From Octopus vulgaris (lineage: Eukaryota): a DNA stretch of 64,000 bases. The position numbers were made by a program, and so were the translations under genes. Positions 52,296 to 64,000 of this stretch are shown piece after piece (position 1 is the first letter of the stretch; every line of letters begins with the position of its first letter). The notes beneath the pieces are model-generated. The model was not told the DNA's origin. It did no database searches and was given only the letters and a program-made list of their open reading frames with translations. The stretch covers positions 40,920,001 through 40,984,000 of the forward strand of contig OX597826.1 in assembly GCA_951406725.2 (NCBI GenBank), written 5' to 3'.

Positions 52296-52934
52296 TGTTT
52301 ATCTTTACCTTTGATGTTAACCATTTCTTTCTTCATCTAAGGAGTCTGAAATTCCAGGAAGCCAATAGGTACTAGGATGGTGTTACAGAAATTTTTGTTG
52401 CAGCAAAGATTTACCAATTAATTAAATTACCTGTTGAAACTATTTCCCATTCAAAATTAGTTCTCAATAAAGATATAAACATGATGATGATGGCGGTGGC
52501 AATGGCATTAGCGGTCGTGGTGTCTGTTATTAATGGACCATGTGAAACAGTGGAATCCAGAGGAAGCAAGGAATGGTCTGCCATAAGTACAAAAAGTTCA
52601 CAGAGTTGTATGGTATGTTAGTTTGATGTGAGGAAGAGGAGGGGGAATATTTCAGACAGAGCTCTTCAAAAAAATGGAATATGAAATTCCTACCAAAGCT
52701 AAATTATATGAAATAGAGTTGTAGATAAACTGAAGCAATTGGTGAGAGAAAGATTTGGTTGTTTTTGTTGTCACAGAAAGTAGTAGTTTTGGGAGTGGTG
52801 GAGGAAATGGTAGTGACAGTGTGAGAGGGAAGTGATAAAATCAGGAATTGGACAAGAGGTGACTTTAGGGTCTAAAACTAATATATAGTGACATTGAGTT
52901 ACTTCATTCTCTGTTTTCCTCTAAATATATACTG

Positions 52935-53065
52935 TGGGATGACATCAGCAGCTGGGGAGCGGACCGGAAGGGGCAGCAGTGACACGCGCGCAGCAAGGGC
53001 AAGAATCTGCCTTTTCGAGGCAGGTTGCCGAGTGGGTAAGACGGCGTCAGCACGTTGTTAAGGTT
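52935..53065. promoter_or_regulatory. Short GC/CpG-rich island with promoter-like motifs
   Basis: TGACATCA, CCGGAAG (ETS-like), ACGCGCGCA, GGCGTCA and a GG/GTAAGA donor-like site within CpG-poor AT-rich flanks. Confidence 0.35.
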
Positions 53066-54357
53066 GAGAGAAGCAGCTGCTATTTCTAGCGTTCGACCTC
53101 ATGCAATATTTATTACCTAACATTTGGTCAAAAACTTCTGGTGAATTATAGTTCCATGATTCTGATAATCAAATTCCAGATATGTGTTTGTATATGCATG
53201 ATTATAAGTTCAAATCATGAAAAAGAAGTTTCAACCAGCATCATACTTCATATAGTTAGGAAAGAAATCTAATTAATTATGATAATTATACGTTGAGGAG
53301 AAGGAAACAATATTTTATTAGTCTGAAGTTGGCAACAAATCCAGGCATGTTTCTGCCTTGGACCTCCTGTGAAAAGTAAAACCTTCTCTGCATTTGCCAG
53401 ATTAGTGATGGAAATAATAAGTGATGTATAACAATGTCCACCTGTTGTAGGTAAAGCTCTCAATCATTACTACTGCTTATTAAAATTTCTGTTCTGTGTA
53501 TCCATGAAAAACTGCTTGCTTCAATCCAGGGTTAATTCTGTTTAAGCAGGGGATTATGTGTCTTTTTCTGGTTTAAAACAGCAGGGTTTAGTTTGAAGGA
53601 GATGTGGCTGCTATTTCAACCAGGTCGACCGCATAGGTATTTCTTTGTTGGCTCATTGTGAATATAGTAGTATCAGTCAGTCCAAGGTCACACAGATAGA
53701 CATAAAACAAATGAACAGTGGATGGAATAAACCCAGCACATGGCCAAGTTTATTCAATATTTTATCATCTCACCAATGAATGATAAAATATTGCTTTCAA
53801 ATTTTGGCACAAGGCCAGCAATTTTGGGATGGGGGTAAGTCAATTACATCAACTCCAGTGCTCAACTAGTATTTATTTTATTGATTTCGAAAGGATGAAA
53901 TGCAAAGTGGACCTCAGCAAAATTTGATATCAGAACATGAAGACAGACGAAATACTGCTAAGCATTTCACCCGGCATGCTAACAATTCTGCCAGCTCATC
54001 GAATGGTAAAAATATTTAAAAGTCAACATTTAAAATTTGAACTTAAAACATCTGTACAATGTTTACTCCAGTTCTCCACATTTTCTGTCATCGATATTCG
54101 AAGAATTAAACTACGTTAAACTTACAAATTACAATTTTCTCAAAAAAGCCAAGTGAAAATAATGTTTTCTTTTGACACATTCTACCAGTATACGAAGTTT
54201 CAAATTGTTTAGTTAACCAGAAATTCTGTCCATCAAAAGGAAAAGATCCGTAAATTTTAATAATAGAAAAAAAAAAATTTTCAAACTGCCTCAGTTTATA
54301 AGTCAAAGGGAGATAAGTCTTTTTTCCCTGTATTTGTTATGAATAGACAAATGTATA

Positions 54358-54736
54358 TTACTCTTTCTCTTTACTTGTTTTCAGTCATTTTGACTGCGGC
54401 CATGCTGGAGCACCGCCTTTAGTCGAGCAAATCGACCCCGGGACTTATTCTTTGTAAGCCCAGTGCTTATTCTATCGGTCTCTTTTGCCGAACCGCTAAG
54501 TGACGGGGACGTAAACACACCAGCATCGGTTGTCAAGCAATGCTAGGGGGACAAACACACACACACACATATACATATATACGACAGGCTTCTTTCAGTT
54601 TCCGTCTACCAAATCCACTCACAAGGCATTGGTCGTCCCGGGGCTATAGCAGAAGACACTTGCCCAAGATGCCACGCAGTGGGACTGAACCCGGAACCAT
54701 GTGGTTGGTTAGCAAGCTACCCATACAGCCACTCCG
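54358..54736 (-). mobile_element. Full-length SINE (family C)
   Basis: tRNA-like head ggagtggctg...ccgggttcagtccc on the minus strand; tail ccagcatggccgcagtc..atgactgaaa; matches 41832-42192. Confidence 0.9.
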
Positions 54737-55029
54737 TAGAAGTATTATACAACTGAAATAATTATTGATGTGTAAAGGAACCAACTGAAACGATTGTATC
54801 CTATGAGTTGGACCTATTATTATAAATATCTATATATTTATTTACATTTGTCGTCTTGTTTTCTCCAAGACACCTGAAACGTTGTTAACAAATGAGATGT
54901 GGACAAATTTCCATCAAATGTAAATAATGAACATAATTCCTCATCTATTAGATATAGAACTGTATATATTTATACTTGTAGAGGCGCAATGGCCCAGTGG
55001 TTAGGGCAGCGGACTCGCAATCGCAATGA

Positions 55030-57439
55030 TTGAAGAGAGGGTTCTTTAATCAATTCTATTGCATAATTTTTGTCTTAAAGTGACTCTAATTACAGGTAAA
55101 TCCAGATAAACTGAGCAAAATGTAAAAATATTTAAATTTTGTTTAAACATTACCATAGAAAATGAGTCCTCTGCTAATATTTAATTGAGGTATGCAACAA
55201 AATTCTGATATAGAAGAATTGTGCACATCACTAGATTATCAGTTGAATTTAATGCACAGAAGAACAGGTGTATCATAAATGTAAAATAAACTGAAATACT
55301 GGAATTTGTTTTTGAAGAAAACTAGAAAATTAAATATACTCACACACATACATAAATACACAGGAACATATATAATAAAGATTTACAATAGAAATAGTCA
55401 AAACTTATCACTCAGCTTACAGGCAAATTAAAATTACAGGTAAATTACAATAAAAAGTTAAATTTGAAAAATATTTATACAATCTAATTATACATATATA
55501 CAAACAATATTTACACTATATCTCTATCATGGAAAGTTGTAAAACATCCCACTCTACATACTGCAACCTTGCAGAATGCACATTGGAAAGACGTTTCAAC
55601 TGGCCTTCCAATGGGTGTTTTCCTTTGTTGTTGTAGACATTCACGGCACTGCCTTTTGCGACCCACGATTTTTTCTAATTTATGTAGATCGGCTGAAGTC
55701 AGAGGAATATCTCTCTGTCAGGCTTTGCTTTTCTTTCCTGCAGTTATTTTTTGGGAGGAATAACCTGCCTTCAACTGCGTTGCTACATCTGCTCGGAACT
55801 GCAGATGGTCGCACCGCTTGCGAGCCCCTCCTGATTTGGTATATAATATATATGCATTTACAATGCTCATGTTTACTATATACCAAACCAGGTATCGCCA
55901 CCATTTATTATCCGGTCTACCAACCGGATAATAACTCATCCTCTGCTTCAGTCGATCTACACCACCCCTGTACCTGTTATAATCAAGGTTCACAAAGGGG
56001 GTACCATTTTCATCTACACGTGGTTGTGCACTGGTAGATAGAAAATTTACCTGTCTCTTATTTCTGTATGCGGTCGCTAGCAGATTTCCTTTCTGCCGTT
56101 GGATTATTTCACCTTTTTTTTTTAATTTTGCTTTTTTTATATCCAACGGCAGCCCTTTTCTACTAGCAATAACTGTAGCACACGTATACGTTGCAACAGC
56201 TTCTAAATCCACCGCAAGTTTGACCGAACTGAAAAATCGGTCAAAAAATAATATACGGCCCTGGTTTTGGTATGGAAGAGATAAATTCCAGACCACATCG
56301 TACCCTAGGCCGTGCTGACTAACATTGTCTCTTTTCCCTGTACAGAAGCTAAACCCACAGCAGTACCCAGTATCTGCTTCACAAATTTTCCAAACTTTGA
56401 TCCCATTTATGGACTTTCCTGGCATATACTGTCGGAAGCGTACCCCTTCTTTATACTCCATCTTGCCCTCATCGACGGATAAGTATCTCCCGGGGTTGTA
56501 AAATGTTCTATATGCATTTTGAACGCAGTCAATGAGGGGTCTTATTTTAAAAAAGGGATCAAAGTTTGGTTCTCCACGTACTGGGGTACTGCTCGTGTCC
56601 CTCACATGTAAATATTGGTTCAGTTTCACAAATCGTATTTCAGTCATAATACTGGACACATACTCATCACGTAAAAGTTCCAGATCGCTCCAGTAATTTG
56701 TAATCCTGGGTAACTGTCTTATACCAATTATTATATTTATTGCAAAAAATGCCCGTATTTCATCCACGGTTGTAGGAAACCACGAGCTATCTTTTTTTCC
56801 AGCTTGTTTACATTCTGCGTAACGATTTGTTTCCGCAGTGATTGCTTCAAACAAGCATTCTGGAAAAAATAAATAGAAAAAGTCTAATGGTTTCGCTTCC
56901 TGAGAAAGACTATGGGTAGACCCTGTCTCCTCAGAAAAATTGTTAATAAAAACTTCTTTTAACTCTTTACTCCATTCTGGTGTAAAATCATCCTCGCTGT
57001 CTACGTCACTGCCTTCAGTTTCTTCAGAATCGCTTTCTGTTTCATATTCAGAAATATCCGATTCATTTTCGTCCACCACGTGCTCTTGCACCTCATTCAA
57101 TATTTCACTCGATATCTCCATATCTTCTGTTGAAAAGCTTTCAAATTCAGAATCACAGCTTGATGGCATGAAACTCCTCTCCATTTTCAAAGTTGAAAAA
57201 AATTAACGCCGGAAAAATCTTCTAAAATTCAGTGAGTTCAAATATCACGCCAAACAATGTCGGATATAATAACAGCTGATAGAAAAGTATAATCACGGGT
57301 TTTAACGAATGTACCAACGAGATTTGGGTTCAAATTTACATTTAAATAACAATGGGTGCTCTCGGTCGGCTACGGCCGGGTTGATCTTATGAACCGAAAA
57401 ATTGTTTCGGTCGGTTACAGCCATTTAGTAACGAAAGGG
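55030..57439 (-). mobile_element. piggyBac element; 5' terminus intact, 3' terminus not found
   Basis: TTAA (57440-57443) followed on the minus strand by CCCTTTCGTTAC; subterminal direct repeat tcggtcgg(c/t)tac(g/a)gcc near 57362 and 57407; the left boundary is approximate. Confidence 0.85.
55511..57184 (-). CDS. piggyBac (PGBD4-like) transposase: 488 aa to TGA, then a 68-aa in-frame Cys-rich domain
   Basis: Acidic N-terminus; catalytic LSVDE, FFDRFFSS and GGVD motifs; one TGA at 55718-55720, after which the frame continues QRDIPL...CRECLQ...CAFCKVAVCRVGCFTTFH to TAA at 55511-55513. Confidence 0.9.
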
Positions 57440-57479
57440 TTAAACCATCCCTTCATGAGATTAAGACAACCTCTAATCG

Positions 57480-57521
<42 letters not shown>

Positions 57522-60500
57522 CAGTATCAGTGTCACGCATTGTTTGGAGATAAGCAATTTTTAAGTTAGTTAAAATATATTTGTGATATATTTCAACTTC
57601 TAAAAGCAAATTCACTGCAGTTATCGTGGGAAAAAAATATTCTCTCGTATGGTAAAAAGTGTAAAAACATCATTTCTGCCCAGTGTTACCTTCTATTGGC
57701 TTCCCAAAACACTGCATTTCTAGCTCTTTAGGTGTTATCAATGGGAAATACCAAAATATATATGCTTAGGGTTTGGCAATAGAGACCAATAGAATAAGTA
57801 CCAGGAGTAAAATATATATATATATATTGGGGCCAATTAATTCAACTAAAACTCTTCAAGATGATGCCCCAGCATGGCCACAATCCAATGACTAAAACAA
57901 GTATAAGATTAAAAAAATGTATTCCACTTAGAGAGATAAAAGATAAAGTCAAACTCAGTAGAGAAAGAGGCCAAGTCCTTTTCATGAGTGGACTTCAAAG
58001 AGGGACCAAAGCTAAATTCTGTTGACCATTCTATCAGATTTACAGCAAAATAAGGATTTCTAACATTTAACAACTAGAAATTTGTTATAGAACATGTATT
58101 ATTGAACAAACAGAGTCAACTATCACCCATCATAGAAACCTGTTATTTGTTTTATAGGTCCCTTGAGGGGATGAAGGGTGCCAAGATGATCAGAGTGAGA
58201 TTTAAACAAGGAATGTAGAGGCAGGAAAAAAATGGAAGTGATATATTGATTTCAAATTTTGGTACAAGGCCAGCAATTCTGGAGAAGTGGCTAAGTCGAT
58301 TACATCAAATCCAGTACTCAACTAGTACTTATTTTATTGACCCCAAAAGGGGAAGACAGACAAAATGCTTAGCAGCATTTTGTCTAGTGTGGTAACAATT
58401 CTGCCAGTTTGCCGGTGCCCCAGCATGGCCACAGCTCGTGAGCTGAAACTGGATAAAATAAAAATAAATATTGCTCAGCATATACGCTGATGGCTTATCA
58501 TTACATGCAGCAGAGATAAACTGTAGAAGTGGCTAAGCCTGCTAGAAATAGCAACTGAATCTCCCTCAACTCACACCTTGCTGTCTTGCCGAAGAGACAT
58601 TGATAATGTAGTCCTATATGCAAGATGTCTGGGGGAAATCTGGACCCTCTTTGACCAGAGAGTTAACAACATCACACTATAAAAATAAAAGAAACAACAA
58701 AAGAATTTATTTATTATTGTCATTTTTTATTTTGTTTTATATCATTTGAAACGTAGATAAAATATCCAACATGAAGTGAAGGTTGGCCCTTAATTACAAT
58801 GTAATATCAAACTGACCACAAAAATGTCATCTATGTACAAGTTTTTACATTGTCTTTGTACTATAATGGTGTGATTTGAGATAAACTACTGTATTTACAT
58901 CTACTGAATGATTCTTTTAAAACAATGATCTCTAATTTAGGACACAAAGCCACAAATATATTTCATTTTAACAAGAGGTGTAATTAATTTAATCAACCTC
59001 AACCCCACCCTACATATACTTTGTAACTTTATAAAGGGAGAGGGAATAAAGGCAGGCAAAATCAACTTCGGCAGGATTTGAAGTACACAGAGGGACATAA
59101 TAACCATAAGGTATTTAGTATGATCTCAGTAGGATTTGAACTCAGAATGGCAAGAGCCATAACTAAATACCCACAGGCATTTTATGAAATACTTTAATCA
59201 TTCTGTCAATTCAATCTACTGCCATTGTATTAGTAATTGTTTTTAATTTGGGTACAAGGCCTGAAATTTGGAGGGGAGGGGTTTGTTAATTACAATGACC
59301 CCAGTATTTGACTAGTACTTTGTTTTATTGAACGATAAAAGGCAAAGTTGACCTTGGCAGGATTTGAGCTCAGAACAATTACCACTCCAATGATTTTTGC
59401 CAATCCACCACCTTTGTGATGATAATAATAATCCTTTCTACAATGGGCACAAGGCCTGATATTTGGTGGGGGAGGGGGCTGATTGATTACATCAATCTCA
59501 GTACATGACTGGTACTTGTTTCATCAACCCCAGAGAGATGAAAAGCAAAGTTGACATAGACAAGACTTGAACTAAGTATGTAAAATGTCAGAACAAACAC
59601 TGCAAGGCTATTTGCAATGCTCTCATTATGCTAGTTTGTTGTCCTAATGATGATGATGATGATGTGGTGGTGGTGGTGGTGGTGGTAGTAGTGGTATTTT
59701 TACATTGGCACAAGATCACATGTCACATAGGGGCTTAGTCACCCAAACTGGCTCCTAGCAATGTTACTGGTATTTGTTTTTCCTTACCAAATTCCTCTTC
59801 TTGGGGAGGCAAAAATCCACCTTCGTTTCATTTCCATCATTTTCGATTACACAAAACAAAACAAACAAGGAGGGAGGAATCTGACATGAAATAATGTTTT
59901 GGAAGTAATTATTGCAAACAACCCTTCATGGAAACAGTTTAAAATACAAAGAACATTCTTTATTTGGGACCAGTAGTTGGGGGTGAAATTTGACACTACC
60001 TCATCTTCTGATTCCACAAAGTTTTTATATTAACTCTGTATTGAAGAACATGCAAATGACTTCAGTACAAATTTTTGGATTATTTTTATATTTCCCTAAT
60101 AACCCATAAACTTTGTGTAAAATTGATGACATAGGTGTATATTATAGGTTTTTAGCTGATGGATGATACAGGTGCATATATCAAGGTAATGATACAAGTA
60201 TGTATGTGTGAAATTTATTCATAAATTATGTATAAACATATTTCAAATTTAGCTCACCTCACTGTGAACGAGTTCTTGAACTGAGAAAGATAGAGAGAGA
60301 AATAGGGGCCAGTATTGTATTGTTGACATCTAGCAAAACCACACACTCCCTATCTCTCTTCTTTTATTTAACCCTCGCCACACACACACTTCTTCAGTGA
60401 AAACACTAACTCATTAATAATAACAAGAGAAGCTATGAAAAATGCTTCTAGCAGAAGCCATTCATTCACTATGCAACCATGATCATCACAACTGTCTTCT

Positions 60501-62319
60501 CTTCAAATGGTTAACTCCTTGGCCCTCATTGTTAGGACAACTATTTATTTGTAGTAGCTGTTATATGGTGCTTGTGGATTGTGTGCAGGTCAAATATCAT
60601 TGATGCCAGTAATTATACGGCTGCAAAAACAATTATATATGGTTGTAATCATGACGTGATTGTCTGAAAAGGTTTATAGTTAAAATGTGTGTGTGTGTAT
60701 TGATTCCCAGGCAACATTTAGGTTTTTAATGTTATTAACACTACCAAAGCAGCTGATGATAGGAATATAGATGTTATTTGCTTGTTTTCTGTGAATCTTT
60801 TATATTTTGGAGTCTTGTTATTTGGAGTTATCCTCCCTTCTCAAAAGGTTGAATTTGTTAAACAGTTTATGGTGGTTTTGTTTGTATTATTACATATATT
60901 TCATTGGTAATTAAAGATTTCTAGTTTTTGTAGGCTCTGTAGCATACACACACACATGCACACAACAGGTTTCTGCACAGTTATTATTTTCTAAACCCCA
61001 CTAATAAGGTATCAGTCAACACAAGGCTACAGTAAAAAACACTTGCCCAAAGTAGTATGCATTAGGATTGACCCTGAAACCACATTATAGCAAAGCAAAA
61101 CTTCTTAAACATCCAACCATGGCTGCAGGGTTGGGCTGGTGGTTTGAAATAACAATCGTATGATTTGTTGTTAATTTATCCAGCACTCTATTAAATCTAG
61201 CCTCCATCGCTCTTTTTAGTAACAATAACAAAGATTTCTAATGTAGAAACAATGTCCTAGAACTTAGTTGCCATTTTATTTTTAACAACCTGCAGGAGAA
61301 TGGAAAGCAAAGTAGCCCAGGTGAGATTTGACCACAGAACCTAAAGTGACATAAGCACTGCAAAACATTTTGTCAATAATAATAATAATAATAACAATAA
61401 TTGTTGTTGTTTCTACTACAGGTAAAATGCTTGAAACTTGGAGAAAGGGGTGTTACCTTATATTAAAATTTCAGATTAGCCACTGAATATTGTCTAATAA
61501 GTAATTAAATTTAAAGCATCTCTCATAAAAAAATTTCTTCTCTGCAATTCAGGAACAATAAATCCCCAACAAGTTTCCTCAGCACAAAACAATAAAAATC
61601 ATCAACTGATAATTACTGTAAACCCCAAACTGAAATCATCAATCACTTCATTGCTAAATGTGAAAGTTCTCAAGATACCACCTTTTCATGAGACATGATG
61701 TGATGGCCAAAGAGATCTGCAATAAAATCAAAGGATAACAACAACAACAACAACCAGTAAGGACAAATACTTTAGGTTGATGGATGAAAAAAAACATTGC
61801 TGGTGCCTACAAATAAAAAAACAAAAACACAGCAACCAAATTAAAACATAACATACTTGATGTTTAAGACAGCAAAATATAAACCTGTTCTGTTGTGAGA
61901 GTTAGCTGTTCAATGAGGTAACAAAAAATAGTACAATTTAAAGGTTGATTGATTGTAGACAGAATGATGAAAAGAACAGCACAAACTGCTTTCCTGTTAG
62001 TTAAGATTTTTTTTTTTTATATGAACTTATTTCCAAATGAGGGGCCAGTCAAAATAAAGACTGAAATTTCAATCAGGAAGTGAAACATACACATGTTCTA
62101 CAAATACATACATATACAGAATAGAAGTACACATCATCGTTTTAACATCCACTTTTCCATATTTACATGGGGCAGAGATTGAGGATGGATGCCCTTTGTG
62201 TTGCCCATGGTCAGACATGTTTTTCATGGAAGACTGGACAGGAATGATATCACTTGTATGACAGTGGCACTCATTTACAACTATCATCATGTAATGCCAA
62301 GACAAGGAGACACAAACAC

Positions 62320-62366
<47 letters not shown>

Positions 62367-63161
62367 GACTTCTCTCAGTTTCCATCTACTAAATCTTCTC
62401 ACAAGGCTCTGGGGCTATAATTGAAGACACTTGTCCAAGGTGCCATGCACTGGAACTAAACCTGAAATCACAAGGTTGACTCGTGAACTTCTTAAGCACA
62501 CAGCCAAGCCTGCACTAAGTACACAATAGTACAAAACAATCCAGAGAGAGAAATGCTCAATATAATAGAGCAGAGTAGTAAAATTTGCTGGAAATTATAT
62601 ATATACATACACAATATATATTTTTATATATTTGCATGTAAGTTTATATATAAACACAGACACCACACATCAATTCATACACTCAAATTCATACAGTATA
62701 TATATATATATATAACATAAATATTCAATATATACACACCTAAAAATATCCAGTAGCACAACTCATATATAAAATGTAAATCATACACACATACATGCAT
62801 GCACTAATAAATAGCCTTATACACCCACACATAAACACACACAACCTTAAAATTAAAAGATATAGCTTGAAGATGGAGTGAAAAAAGAAAAAAAAAAGTG
62901 ACATTTACAGGCGTGTTTCCATGGCAATAAATTTCAGATGGAATTATTTGTCATTCTTCACAATATTGACACCCACCCCCATCACAATTTCTTTTATATT
63001 CTCATTTACATTGAGATGAAGTTCTTTCTTCTCTCTTCACAAGATCATACCACAAACCTTTTTACATATTCTTAAACATTTTCTGGAAATTTTATGCACA
63101 GGCTTTTATTGTTTTTATAATTATTAGTGTTGTTTTCTTTTTCAAACATTTTGGTTTCGGT

Positions 63162-63577
63162 TCAGTGAAGGAACTGATCAATATCGAATCCTTCGTTAGA
63201 TTGATTGTCATCATTACTGATTGGCACAAAGTCATTGTCTTCACTTTCTGACTCTGAGACCTGCAAGTCTTTGTTGATGTCTTCAACAGAGTCTGGTTGT
63301 TGCTCATCCTCTTCCTCCTCATCCTGTTGTTGTTGCTGTTGCTGGTTGTCATCAGTCATTTGCTGAGCCAATGAACTGCTCAGGAAGAACGCTGCTGGAT
63401 CAAAGCTTTGCTCTTCATCATCACCTATACCAGCCATATTGTACATGTTAGATTCGTTCTCACTTGAGTAAAACTGGTTTGCATTGTCACCACTATACTG
63501 CTGGCCATAGACACTGTCTTCGATGTATTGCGATATTCCAGAAGGTAACTCTTCATTTCCACTGCCATCCATGCCAT
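63162..63577 (-). CDS. TAF1: Terminal acidic coding exon of a convergent gene, probably TFIID subunit 1
   Basis: Acceptor tgttctcttgtag; EQSFDPAAFFL and DINKDLQVSESESED resemble my recollection of invertebrate TAF1 C-terminal motifs (YDPSDFL, IDDDL.ISESDEE). The exon is well supported; the gene identity is only moderately supported. Confidence 0.55.
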
Positions 63578-64000
63578 CTACAAGAGAACAGAACATGATC
63601 AGATGACATATTACATAAAACAGAGTTGCATATCAAAGCTTTCATATTTTTATTTCCATCCTCCAGTTTTCCTACAACACTATTCATCTCAGATACCACC
63701 ACCCACCCACCCCCACACACACACATTTTCTAGATTTGCGAAGACTTCATTAAGCAGAATTCCTGGAGAAAGCTTTCCACATTTGCTGCCAGTTTATATC
63801 CAACTTCACACCACACACGCACTCAACTATTTTTCTCCATCTAGCCAGTCTCATCACCACACACAACATATCAAGTACAATAACAGCTCTGCTCCCTCTA
63901 AACAAGTGGTTCTCAACTGTTTTTTTACCTATGGACCCCTTCAATAACAATTTTATTCTGGCAGACCCCCATAGCCATTCAATGTTTAAAAACTAGTTTT

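Noticed and set aside
52958-52980. ggaccggaaggggcagc resembles the SRP RNA helix 8 motif
   Set aside because: It lacks the CAGG and AGCAG symmetric-loop bases and flanking helices; probably chance.
53322-53450. AG/GT-bounded candidate coding exon
   Set aside because: All three plus-strand frames contain stops; at most a non-coding exon, with no support.
55576-56037. 153-aa plus-strand ORF
   Set aside because: It is the antisense shadow of the piggyBac transposase.

Overview
AT-rich, microsatellite-saturated eukaryotic DNA. The SINE families and (TATG)n/(TA)n/(CA)n density suggest an octopus or other coleoid cephalopod (inference). Most long ORFs in the supplied track are microsatellite artefacts. 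The left ~39 kb has no recognisable host coding exon and consists of nested transposon relics: RTE, CR1 and R4/Dong-like LINEs, Penelope-like elements (PLEs), three mariners, a Helitron, Gypsy and hAT fragments, and several SINE families. The right part holds a complete five-coding-exon AASDHPPT gene (+, 42845-50368, 314 aa), a piggyBac transposase that is intact except for one in-frame TGA in front of a fully preserved Cys-rich domain (-, 55511-57184), and the terminal acidic exon of a convergent gene, probably TAF1 (-). The strongest leads are: (1) a ~380-bp palindrome in AASDHPPT intron 1 whose loop is a minimal type I hammerhead ribozyme motif, with one arm starting exactly at the predicted cleavage site; (2) four more hammerhead-like motifs, two of them close to PLE remnants; (3) the single-stop piggyBac, which readthrough or A-to-I editing could in principle rescue; (4) several local rearrangements, including a 0.65-kb inverted duplication, a templated insertion into a mariner and an in-frame minisatellite beside a mariner catalytic Asp. 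All assignments come from reading the sequence and recalled family motifs; no searches were run.
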